DNA from: a virus
Lineage: Duplodnaviria; Caudoviricetes
IMG/VR virus record: IMGVR_UViG_3300034411_000032
Location: 1 to 33,574 of that record
Length of the DNA stretch: 33,574 nucleotides
Reading direction: 5' to 3' (one strand)
Shown: positions 25,690 through 33,109 of the stretch, piece by piece
Layout of the letters: each line of letters starts with the position of its first letter
Numbering within the stretch: the first letter of the stretch is position 1
Position numbers and translations under genes: made by a program
Notes under the pieces: generated by a model
Told to the model about the DNA's origin: nothing
Seen by the model: only the letters and a program-made list of their open reading frames with translations
Database searches by the model: none

Positions 25690-27879
25690 TTAGACTTCCT
25701 CCCAATTGACCCACTCCCCGACCACCACGCACGGCACATCTCTTCCGCTTCGGCTGTCTCTTATATCTGCGACTTTGAGGTTGCCTGTGCTGATCCATTT
25801 CTTTGCGATTGCCTTGGCCTTTGCTTTGTCCCCTGGCTTGTCGGTGTCTAGGTCTAGCTGCTCTGCGACTGCATTGCCGATCCAGCTCTTTGCTCTGATG
25901 TCTGATCGGTATGCTTTGCCTTCCTCCTCTGCCTTGCCGACTGTTCTTTGGACATCGTACAGGTCTTTGGTTGTCACTCCGTCAAATAGATCAGGCAGCT
26001 TAAATTCTGTTGCTACACCGATATGCTCTCCGTTTGCGATCTCGACTGAGATCATCTTTCGGTATGTTGCTTTGTCTGATGGTGGTGCTAGGTTTGCTTT
26101 GCCATCGTCTTGGCGGAATATTCCGAGTGCTTCTTGTTCGTCCACACCCAGGGCCATTGCGTCTTCTGGCGATATTCTGTTGATTACTCTTGCTGACCTT
26201 GCTGCACCGATCAGGCTGCCTGCGCCGCGCACTGAGTCAACCGTTGCGTCTTCTCCGTTGCCTTTTCTGATGTGATGCACGAGCTGGACTGAGCTGTTGG
26301 TGTCTCTTGCCAGCTTTCTGAGCATTGACACGACTGCCTGGATGCTTCCGTTGTTGTTCTCATTGACCAGATGGGCTGATATGAATGGATCTAATATTAC
26401 GACACCTATGCGGTTTTCTTTGATCTTACGGATCATGAATGCCAGCAGCTCATCGTTCTGGATCAGTCCGTCTCTGCCTTCTGCTGCCAGCGTGATCTGC
26501 ATGGTGTCTTCACCGTCCATGAACAGCTTGCCTTTGATGTCATCTGGCGTGAGGCCATAGTGCTGCATGGCTGCTATGGTTCTCATTTGAAGTTCTGAGA
26601 TCGGATCTTCCAAATTTATGACCCATGTGTTGCACTGTTCCTTGACCTTGACGCCCATCAAGTCTTTGCCTGTCGATATTGCCAGTGCTTCCACGATTAT
26701 TGCTGATGTCTTGCCTATGCCGCCGGCTGATGCTGTTACGCTGATATACTTCTTGATGTAGTCGTATCCATACACCCACTCTCTGCGCGGCAGCGTGAGG
26801 GCGTCAAACATTTCGTAGGGCGTGGGCCAATCATTGCCTGTATCGGCCTCTGTGTGGCTCTGTGTTGGCTCTGTGGCTATCTGCAATGTTTGGTTTTGCT
26901 GCTCCATGCGCTCGGCTGCTGGATCAGGTGTTGGCGTCCATCCTTTGTTTCTGGCGCCGTCGATTGCTTTTTGCACTTCTGACCTTGTTTCTTCTACTGT
27001 GTATCCGCCGAGGGTGAAGCTGTCTGTGATTGCGTGGATCTCTTCGTCGGCTAGGCCTTTGTTGACGTATGATCCTACCAGGCGCACCATATTTCTGTGC
27101 CAATCGTCTCCTGCTAGCACATCTTGGACTGCCATCTGCCTGTCCATTGCCTGCTGGCCTAGGTCTATGTTGATTGTGCTAGCAGCCTGTGGCTCTGCCT
27201 TTGGGAAGGCTCTCATCATGCGTTCAAACTCTACTGGTTCTCTGTCTGTTGAGAACTCTGTGCGCATTGTGACCAGCTCTGGGATATAGCCTTTGTCTTG
27301 TTTCTTTTGGTTGGGCCATGAGACTGTGCCGGCCACGCGCATGATTCTGCTTGGGTTTACGACTGCCGCGTCTGTTTGGAGTGATGCGGCGATTGCTTTT
27401 TGTACGTCACGCCATGCTTGCATGTTCTGCACTGGCTCTTCCAGCTTCCAGTATGCGTGGCCTCTTGCGAATGGCGTTGTGCCTGTCTTGATTGACATTG
27501 TGAACTTTGGGCCGGCGAAAGACAGGATGTTTTCCATTGCGCCTGCTGTGTCTGCGTCTGCAAAGCAGTAGAAGGCTGCAAGAATGTCTGTGTCTTTGGC
27601 GGCTTGGCCTGCTGGTATTTCTATGATTGGATCAATTGGGTTGATGCACATATAGATATTTTGCTTTGCGGCGTTCATTGCCTCGGCGTGTTGGGCTGCG
27701 TCTTCTATGTTTTTTAGTGCAAATCTTGCAGCGTTTGCTGATCCAGATTGCGAGATGGAACGTATCTCTATGAGCGGTTGGCCCACAGTGTTCCAATTTT
27801 CTGTGATCTGTGCTATGAACTGCTTAATGATTTCGGTTTTGGGAGCCATTTCCATTTGTTCTTCCACTTCCATTTTCAT
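25690..27879 (-). CDS. Primase-helicase (RepB'-type AEP primase + PriCT-like + AAA_25/RepA-type helicase)
   Basis: FADAD, HAYW and NPSRIMRVAGT (primase); AGGIGKT, ILDPF, LVHHIRK and RGAGSLIGAARS (helicase); GGGGAGG SD. Confidence 0.9.
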   Translation of the reverse strand: MKMEVEEQMEMAPKTEIIKQFIAQITENWNTVGQPLIEIRSISQSGSANAARFALKNIEDAAQHAEAMNAAKQNIYMCINPIDPIIEIPAGQAAKDTDILAAFYCFADADTAGAMENILSFAGPKFTMSIKTGTTPFARGHAYWKLEEPVQNMQAWRDVQKAIAASLQTDAAVVNPSRIMRVAGTVSWPNQKKQDKGYIPELVTMRTEFSTDREPVEFERMMRAFPKAEPQAASTINIDLGQQAMDRQMAVQDVLAGDDWHRNMVRLVGSYVNKGLADEEIHAITDSFTLGGYTVEETRSEVQKAIDGARNKGWTPTPDPAAERMEQQNQTLQIATEPTQSHTEADTGNDWPTPYEMFDALTLPRREWVYGYDYIKKYISVTASAGGIGKTSAIIVEALAISTGKDLMGVKVKEQCNTWVINLEDPISELQMRTIAAMQHYGLTPDDIKGKLFMDGEDTMQITLAAEGRDGLIQNDELLAFMIRKIKENRIGVVILDPFISAHLVNENNNGSIQAVVSMLRKLARDTNSSVQLVHHIRKGNGEDATVDSVRGAGSLIGAARSARVINRISPEDAMALGVDEQEALGIFRQDDGKANLAPPSDKATYRKMISVEIANGEHIGVATEFKLPDLFDGVTTKDLYDVQRTVGKAEEEGKAYRSDIRAKSWIGNAVAEQLDLDTDKPGDKAKAKAIAKKWISTGNLKVADIRDSRSGRDVPCVVVGEWVNWEEV

Positions 27880-27928
27880 TGATTCCTCCCCTGAACTGCC
27901 CAGCGGCTGTGACCGCTGGGCTTTTTTT
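27826..27928 (+). ncRNA. Candidate cis-antisense RNA A to the primase translation start
   Basis: Plus-strand TTCCAA-17-(TGC)TATGAA at 27791-27819 and a plus-strand terminator at 27898-27928; spans the SD and first codons of the primase. The 5' end is estimated. Confidence 0.45.
27898..27928 (+). terminator. Intrinsic terminator oriented antisense to the operon
   Basis: GCCCAGCGG-CTGTGA-CCGCTGGGC-TTTTTTT on +; no U-tract on the coding strand. Confidence 0.8.
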
Positions 27929-27930
27929 AT

Positions 27931-28554
27931 TTAAAACTCTGCGTCAGCAGGAGCTGGTGCAGGAGCTGGTGCAGGAGCTGGCGCCGGTGCGGGTGCAGCT
28001 TCTTCGACTGCTATTCCTGCGGCGACACCTTCTTTCAGGGAGGCTGGCTTGTCTACCCACTTTACGATCTCAAAGATCGGGTAGCATGTGGAGCCTTTGG
28101 TGAACTTAATCTCCTTGGCTTCTATCATTTTTATGAGTGGCATTTGGCCGTTTGTGCCTTGGCTTAGTTTCGGAGCAAGGTCTGTCAGTGCAGCCCATAC
28201 GCCGGCGCCTGCCTGCTCCCACATGGCGACCTTGCCGCCACCGATTGCGCACTTGACCGAAAAGCCTTTCTTGTAATCATCTCCAGGCTTTTTCATCATT
28301 TGATTGACTGTCGGGTTCCACTTCCATTCTGGAGCCACGCCGACCATGCCGTCTGACTTCTGCCAGCCTGTCTTGAGGCTGTCTAGGTCAATGACAAACC
28401 CATCAGACTGCGCAGCTTCAAACTCATCCTTTGCCGCACCATCGCGGGTGTAGAACTGTTTGGCTCGGACAGCGCCGTCCTGTGTGCCACGGGCTGACCA
28501 TTGCAGGAATGTGTTAACGTCAGAGCCTGTTGCCCCTAGATCTATTTCAAACAT
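27931..28554 (-). CDS. Putative single-stranded DNA-binding protein
   Basis: Beta-rich aromatic core (LKTGW, WKWN, FEIVKWVDKP), PA-repeat linker, acidic/aromatic DAEF tail; lies between nuclease and primase. Confidence 0.65.
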   Translation of the reverse strand: MFEIDLGATGSDVNTFLQWSARGTQDGAVRAKQFYTRDGAAKDEFEAAQSDGFVIDLDSLKTGWQKSDGMVGVAPEWKWNPTVNQMMKKPGDDYKKGFSVKCAIGGGKVAMWEQAGAGVWAALTDLAPKLSQGTNGQMPLIKMIEAKEIKFTKGSTCYPIFEIVKWVDKPASLKEGVAAGIAVEEAAPAPAPAPAPAPAPAPADAEF

Positions 28555-28614
28555 TTTGTATCCTTTACGTTGTTTGATTGTTGGAGTTGTTGTGCGCGTA
28601 ACCCTGCGCTGGGA

Positions 28615-29364
28615 TTAGATGCCATACATTTCTTCCCGCAGATCTTCTGCCCCGTTCCAATAGAACGAGTTAGGGTTGACTGGTATGACCTCTCTAATAT
28701 CTTCCGCGCTGCCTGCGCGCAGGAACTTTTCAAGCCGAGCGATCTGCTTCTTGGCCTTGCCAAGGATCTCTGTCGGGTCGCCGTCTTCAAGCATGTTTGT
28801 TTTCTTTGATGACACATAAAGAAACTTTACCACCTGGTTGCCTCTGGCCTTTTGGTAGATCGCGCGTTGCAGTTGATGCTCTGGAGACATCTTGCTTGGG
28901 ATGCGGCCTGTTGTTTTAAGATCAATGACCACGCCATGATCGGGGAACACAAAGTCTAGGTAGCCGATCACGGGGATCTCGAAGTCATCCGTCTTGGCTG
29001 TGATGCTGATCTTGATCTGTCCCTCTTCAGGAAACTCAGGCTTGCCGTAATGCTCAAGCTCTTGGAGCGTTAGCTCCATGCACGGCTCGATCATGGCGCG
29101 CTCTTTGGTGATCTTTTCGTCGGCCATGAAGAACATGCTGTCAAACTTTTCCAATGCCTGATCGAGCGCGCCGGCCTTGTGCAGCTTGCCGGTCAGTGTG
29201 TTGGCAACAGCATCCTCTGTGCAGATGCCACGCATTGCAGCGGCGCCCATAGGTGTGCGCTTTTTGAATAGATATGAGGCAACCCAAACGTCTGGCGCGT
29301 TAGTCCAGAGGTTGATTGATGATGCTGACAGGTGCTTTATGCCGTGCTTTTCAAAACCGTTCAT
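28615..29364 (-). CDS. PD-(D/E)XK (RecB-like) exonuclease
   Basis: HLSASSINLW, GYLDF, IDLKTT and QRAIY motifs; start moved to ATG 29364 (ATGA overlap). Confidence 0.85.
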   Translation of the reverse strand: MNGFEKHGIKHLSASSINLWTNAPDVWVASYLFKKRTPMGAAAMRGICTEDAVANTLTGKLHKAGALDQALEKFDSMFFMADEKITKERAMIEPCMELTLQELEHYGKPEFPEEGQIKISITAKTDDFEIPVIGYLDFVFPDHGVVIDLKTTGRIPSKMSPEHQLQRAIYQKARGNQVVKFLYVSSKKTNMLEDGDPTEILGKAKKQIARLEKFLRAGSAEDIREVIPVNPNSFYWNGAEDLREEMYGI

Positions 29365-29831
29365 GCTGTTAGCTTTCCGTATAGGGCCAAAAGACATGCC
29401 TCACTTCTGCCATCGTCCTTGACACGTTTAAACAGGTCAGCCTGTGCAGGCCATCTCTGGCTTGCGAGTGATCGGCTGAGGCCTTTGTCTTTGTTAAGGC
29501 CAAGGTATGACTTCCACTTTGACGGCGTTACCAATGACATTGGCAGCTTGTGCGCTGCGATGGCCATCTGCGTGGCGCCGTAGGACTGGCCGAAACGGAA
29601 CATGCTGCTGACACCGTTGCCTCTGACGGCACTAACCTGCTCCAAGATAACATGGTGCGGCTCATCGCCCTCGGGTGTGAGTATCTCGTGCAGCTCGTAC
29701 AGGTTTAGCTCTGTCTTGCCTTTGATGTTTTTGTAAACCGGCATGTCATGCACCTCGACGCGGTTGCTGTCGGGCCAGTAGAATGCAATCGCACCAGTGA
29801 AGCCGGGGTCTATGCCGACAAAGACTGTCAT
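29361..29831 (-). CDS. ruvC: RuvC-like Holliday junction resolvase
   Basis: VGIDPG, ILEQV, MFRFG, PSKWK and DGRSEACLLA motifs. Confidence 0.85.
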   Translation of the reverse strand: MTVFVGIDPGFTGAIAFYWPDSNRVEVHDMPVYKNIKGKTELNLYELHEILTPEGDEPHHVILEQVSAVRGNGVSSMFRFGQSYGATQMAIAAHKLPMSLVTPSKWKSYLGLNKDKGLSRSLASQRWPAQADLFKRVKDDGRSEACLLALYGKLTA

Positions 29832-30010
29832 ACTTGGTCTCGGATCTTGATGCCGTTAAAGTTAAGAAAGAAGAAGATTGCTTCTTCTGTTAGATCGCGC
29901 AGGGTTGGGTCTTGCCCATCCATCTTTGCCCGATTCGTTTGCAGAACGCGCATGCCGTCAGCAAGCTCACACTTGATGCGGTGGTTCCACTGCTCTTTCT
30001 TCTGTTTCAT
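29828..30010 (-). CDS. Small DNA-binding regulator, ribbon-helix-helix-like
   Basis: EQWNHRI strand, then a helix, then TLRDLTEEAI helix; first gene of the leftward operon, next to the operators. Confidence 0.65.
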   Translation of the reverse strand: MKQKKEQWNHRIKCELADGMRVLQTNRAKMDGQDPTLRDLTEEAIFFFLNFNGIKIRDQV

Positions 30011-30022
30011 AGTTCCCCCAGG

Positions 30023-30122
30023 TTGCTAGTCGTTCCCCATACATAGTGCTAGCAATTATTTTAATCAAGTGCAAATTTTTGCTAGCAAAGGTATTGCAAA
30101 GTTGCTAGCAACATTCTATATG
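30023..30122. promoter_or_regulatory. Divergent promoters with TGCTAGCA palindromic operators
   Basis: Operators at 30047-54, 30080-87, 30103-10 and a partial copy at 30023-30. Leftward TTGATT-17-TATGTA (30068-30040); rightward TTGCAA-17-TATATG (30094-30122). Confidence 0.8.
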
Positions 30123-30155
30123 TAATGTATAGACAGAAACAAGGGGAACACGGAC

Positions 30156-30470
30156 ATGGAATACGCAGCAGCAGTCGAAGCGATCAAAGCAACAAACCTA
30201 AACGCATCTCAGAAGCGCGCAGCGCTTCGCCTGATGGGCGCATCAAAAAACAATACGCAGTCCTCAATCGAAGGAGATGCACCAGAATACGAATTGCACA
30301 TTGATGGCTCAGATCAAGGTTCACACGCCAGCTTCTGCTGCTTCGGGGAAGGCGTTTTATACGAAACCACCTTGTCTGTTGTTCTCGGCCCACGCGGCGG
30401 GAAAAAAGTTTTGCGCGCTGGCAGGTGGTTCTCAGACATCGGTGGCGGCGCAAGTAAATTTTATATTTAA
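30156..30470 (+). CDS. Hypothetical early protein
   Basis: 104 aa, AAGGGG SD, first gene after the rightward promoter, LGPRGG motif. Confidence 0.75.
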   Translation: MEYAAAVEAIKATNLNASQKRAALRLMGASKNNTQSSIEGDAPEYELHIDGSDQGSHASFCCFGEGVLYETTLSVVLGPRGGKKVLRAGRWFSDIGGGASKFYI

Positions 30471-30478
30471 CGCAACAC

Positions 30479-30496
30479 GGGGAGCTTCGGCTCCCC
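30479..30496 (+). other. UUCG-tetraloop hairpin without U-tract (stability/processing element)
   Basis: GGGGAGC-TTCG-GCTCCCC between the stop at 30470 and the next SD. Confidence 0.6.
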
Positions 30497-30516
30497 AATC
30501 AAACAAGGAGAACCAC

Positions 30517-30735
30517 ATGACAATCGACGAAATCAAATCCGCAATTGCCAAAGAGACCAGCTTCATTGACAATAAACTAAAGGTCATTGACGAATTGAAA
30601 AAATATTATGGGGAAGGTGTCCGATCATCATCAGCCAGTGCCGACATAGGAATGGAAGCAGTCATGCTGCAAAACGCAATCGCGACCCGCAAAAACTTTG
30701 AGCAGTTACTGAAGGAGATGACAGATGAAAGCTGA
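30517..30735 (+). CDS. Hypothetical helical protein (72 aa)
   Basis: AAGGAG SD before ATG 30517 (MTIDEIKSAI...); the track's longer start overlaps the previous gene. Confidence 0.75.
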   Translation: MTIDEIKSAIAKETSFIDNKLKVIDELKKYYGEGVRSSSASADIGMEAVMLQNAIATRKNFEQLLKEMTDES

Positions 30736-30817
30736 TTGGGAAGATTATGTAATTGTCATCAGCGCGTTTGTCGCTGCAAACGTATGGATCTCAGGCATTG
30801 TATGGGGGTGGTGGTGA
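30725..30817 (+). CDS. 30-aa single-TM peptide
   Basis: MKADWEDYVIVISAFVAANVWISGIVWGWW; AAGGAG SD; GTGA overlap with the next gene; below the track cutoff. Confidence 0.7.
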   Translation: MKADWEDYVIVISAFVAANVWISGIVWGWW

Positions 30818-30996
30818 GCGATCTATCTCCTGCCGAGCAGGCTATATTGCAATATCTGCGCAACCAAGTGGATCGCCTTCAAGACGAGCGTTATCGTCAA
30901 GATGCAAGGCCGAGCATTGCCAATGAGCTTCACATTGCCCAGCGTGATCTGAAGCAATACACATCTGATCTTAGACAAAAAGGATACAATATATAA
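30814..30996 (+). CDS. Hypothetical protein (60 aa)
   Basis: GTG 30814 start (MSDLSPAEQAILQYL...), overlapping both neighbours. Confidence 0.7.
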   Translation: MSDLSPAEQAILQYLRNQVDRLQDERYRQDARPSIANELHIAQRDLKQYTSDLRQKGYNI

Positions 30997-31388
30997 TGGT
31001 CAAAGTCGTAGACGTTGAAATAAACGCCATGTCATTTAAACGCGCATTTAATCGGGAACCTACTGAGGCAGAGATGGGGGCGCTCATGCGGCTCAACGCC
31101 AAAAGGAACGAGGGACAGTGCGGCGGCAAGAATACAATTGAAAGGATTGACAGGCGCCTAGCGTCAGCATCCAAGGCTCGGGATTACATTAAGAGCCAGC
31201 CGCTCAAGCGAAACATTGTAATCACCCGTACTGCTTGGTCTGTTAATTATCTGCTCAAGCTAGACTTGAACAAGTCACAAATCATGGACGTTCTGCACAT
31301 AAGTGAGATCGCTTATGATCGGGCCGTCAAGCAATACAATCTGCCGCGTGACGGCATTGAAAGAAGGTTTAAGAATGACAAGAGATGA
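30996..31388 (+). CDS. Hypothetical protein, possible C-terminal HTH
   Basis: AAGGA SD, TAATG overlap, HTH-like NKSQIMDVLHISEIAYDRAV. Confidence 0.7.
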   Translation: MVKVVDVEINAMSFKRAFNREPTEAEMGALMRLNAKRNEGQCGGKNTIERIDRRLASASKARDYIKSQPLKRNIVITRTAWSVNYLLKLDLNKSQIMDVLHISEIAYDRAVKQYNLPRDGIERRFKNDKR

Positions 31389-31644
31389 AATACTAAAAGA
31401 AGCAGCGCGCATAATCAGCACCGATAGGGCAGACGATTACGGGCCGGCGGATGAATCGTTCAAGCGGATTGCTCGGCTGTGGACAGCCTATCTTGATGTG
31501 GCTGTTAGCCCTATGGATGTTGCCAACATGTATATCCTGAGCAAGGTGCAGCGTACACTTACATCGCCAAGCAAGAGCGACACATGGCTGGACATATGCG
31601 GATATGCGGCGTTAGCAGGGGAAATGATGACCAATGAAAAGTAA
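31375..31644 (+). CDS. DUF6378-like phage protein
   Basis: EILKEAARIISTDRADDYG..SFKRIARLW...DTWLDICGYAAL; start ATG 31375. Confidence 0.8.
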   Translation: MTRDEILKEAARIISTDRADDYGPADESFKRIARLWTAYLDVAVSPMDVANMYILSKVQRTLTSPSKSDTWLDICGYAALAGEMMTNEK

Positions 31645-31744
31645 TTTCACAGAACACGAGATCCACATAGCTGGCCTGGTCGGCGCCCTTGTCGGCTTCA
31701 TCAGCGGTGCTGGCTTAATGATGCTGGTAGGGATTATATTTTAG
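31634..31744 (+). CDS. 36-aa single-TM peptide with glycine zipper
   Basis: MKSNFTEHEIHIAGLVGALVGFISGAGLMMLVGIIF; overlaps the upstream stop; GxxxGxxxG spacing. Confidence 0.65.
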   Translation: MKSNFTEHEIHIAGLVGALVGFISGAGLMMLVGIIF

Positions 31745-31751
31745 GTATCGT

Positions 31752-31860
31752 GTGGGTGGCCGCTGTAAAAAATGTGACGCATTTGGTAGAGCGCGACCAA
31801 CAACAAACCGACCAAGCCCCGTGGCATAGAATGGTTGTATGTTAGTGGAAAGCCACCCAC
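31752..31860 (-). ncRNA. Candidate ~110-nt structured RNA C with paired ends
   Basis: 9-bp terminal stem GTGGGTGGC/GCCACCCAC. Promoter-like TTGAAG-16-(TGT)TATAAA (31894-31867) places +1 at the first stem base. Confidence 0.5.
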
Positions 31861-31899
31861 TAGAGATTTATAACAGCGCACGAAATAGCTTCAAGCTTT

Positions 31900-32112
31900 T
31901 TATGCGCTGTCTTTCTTTTTATTCATCATGGAAATTCTCTTGCCTTTTGCCACGGCCTCGCTCTTCGATGATGCGCCCCAGGCCTTCAGAGATTTAAGGA
32001 GCGGCGTGTCTGTACCGTCCTTCTTCTTTGTTGGCCCAGGCATGTTCCCCATGCGTTGCAGGAAGGCTGCACGGCGTCCACTGTTGCCGGTTCTTTCTGG
32101 TGGCCTGCTCAT
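31900..32112 (-). CDS. Small basic protein
   Basis: 70 aa, K/R-rich, RRAAFLQRM...SLKAWG motif of a common phage family (DUF6321-like, by recall). Confidence 0.7.
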   Translation of the reverse strand: MSRPPERTGNSGRRAAFLQRMGNMPGPTKKKDGTDTPLLKSLKAWGASSKSEAVAKGKRISMMNKKKDSA

Positions 32113-32113
32113 G

Positions 32114-32284
32114 TTAGGCCTTGCCGGTCATTATGGTTTTTTTCTTAGCGGTCTTCTCGCTATCCTTGAAAGCCTGCGCAGTTGGTGCGCCCTTGCTGCC
32201 CGGCTTTCTCATTTTTTCGCCAGATCCAGAGGCTATCCGTTTTTTCTTTTTGTGAATATTTGAGTACAAACCATCTTTAGCCAT
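32114..32284 (-). CDS. Small basic protein (56 aa)
   Basis: Manual translation MAKDGLYSNIHKKKKRIASGSGEKMRKPGSKGAPTAQAFKDSEKTAKKKTIMTGKA; AGGAG SD; below the track cutoff. Confidence 0.8.
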   Translation of the reverse strand: MAKDGLYSNIHKKKKRIASGSGEKMRKPGSKGAPTAQAFKDSEKTAKKKTIMTGKA

Positions 32285-32711
32285 TTAACCATTCTCCTAC
32301 GTTAAAACCTGGGCATGCCTTGCTTGCATAATCGTTGTGTCCCGATACCGTGTCAATCTTTGGATGTTTTTCTTTGTAGTCTGCGATCAACTTGCGCAAA
32401 GCCGCATCTTGTTCTGGCGTAAAGTTATCCTCAAACTTGCCGTTAGCCACGCCGCCACGACCACCGACTAGACTTACGCCTATAGTTGTAGAGTTGCGAC
32501 CCGCAACATGCGCGCCCTTGCGATCATCTGATCGGCCATGTGCAACTGATCCGTCACGATGCACGATGGCATGGTATCCTATATCAGACCAGCCGCGTTC
32601 CTCAGTGTGCCACCGGCGGATCTCGGCAACAACATCTTCAGCCGACCTGCTTGCATACCATTTAGCGTTTGTTGCTGTGCAATGCACAACGATTTCATTT
32701 ATTAGCCTCAT
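32277..32711 (-). CDS. Endolysin, N-acetylmuramoyl-L-alanine amidase (T7 lysozyme-like)
   Basis: IVVHCTAT, GWSDIGYH, GAHVAG and GHND..KACPGF zinc-amidase motifs. Confidence 0.95.
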   Translation of the reverse strand: MRLINEIVVHCTATNAKWYASRSAEDVVAEIRRWHTEERGWSDIGYHAIVHRDGSVAHGRSDDRKGAHVAGRNSTTIGVSLVGGRGGVANGKFEDNFTPEQDAALRKLIADYKEKHPKIDTVSGHNDYASKACPGFNVGEWLNG

Positions 32712-33109
32712 TTCGTCAATCCTTGTTTCTTTTCATAGCTTCTCAAACCACCAAGCCCAAGCATCCCCATCATGACAGTCATTAGACTACCCATGTCAAA
32801 TGATGGTAGCTCTGGAATGGATACACCAGCGACTGCAACACCAAACAAAATGAATGGCTGCAACACAAAATGATAGGCAAATGCAGCGCCGCAAACCCAC
32901 CCAATAAACGGGCGCCATCCGCCTTTGAATACTGAGCCAGATTCCGCTTCAGCTTTGTTCACCTCAACCTGCGCAAGCATCGCTTCCTGAGCGTGCTTAT
33001 CGGCCATCGTGCTTAAATCATGAGCTAACTGCGCCGCTTGATCTTTATCCGCTATGAACTTCCCAGCAAGCTCAGTGGCTGGCCCTATCAGTGTGCTTAA
33101 TATTCCCAT
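32708..33109 (-). CDS. Holin (GTA 3TM holin-like)
   Basis: GWRPFIGWVCG and MLGLGGLRSYEK motifs; start moved to ATG 33109 (TAATG overlap); upstream of the amidase. Confidence 0.88.
   Translation of the reverse strand: MGILSTLIGPATELAGKFIADKDQAAQLAHDLSTMADKHAQEAMLAQVEVNKAEAESGSVFKGGWRPFIGWVCGAAFAYHFVLQPFILFGVAVAGVSIPELPSFDMGSLMTVMMGMLGLGGLRSYEKKQGLTK

Noticed and set aside
25541-25851. ORFs over the iteron cluster
   Set aside because: They are by-products of the repeats and overlap the primase 3' end.
27945-28000. 12-bp tandem repeat gcaggagctggt
   Set aside because: It encodes the Pro-Ala linker of the SSB-like protein and is ordinary low complexity.
28615-29364. Cas4-like call for the nuclease
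   Set aside because: It lacks the Fe-S cysteine cluster and sits in a replication/recombination operon, so it is an ordinary PD-(D/E)XK exonuclease.
238-29990. Many plus-strand ORFs in the track (e.g. 238-618, 4661-5236, 24707-25429, 25706-26275)
   Set aside because: They are antisense shadows of well-supported minus-strand genes, with no recognisable motifs.
30479-30496. Hairpin as an intrinsic terminator
   Set aside because: There is no U-tract on either strand; it is kept only as a stability/processing hairpin.
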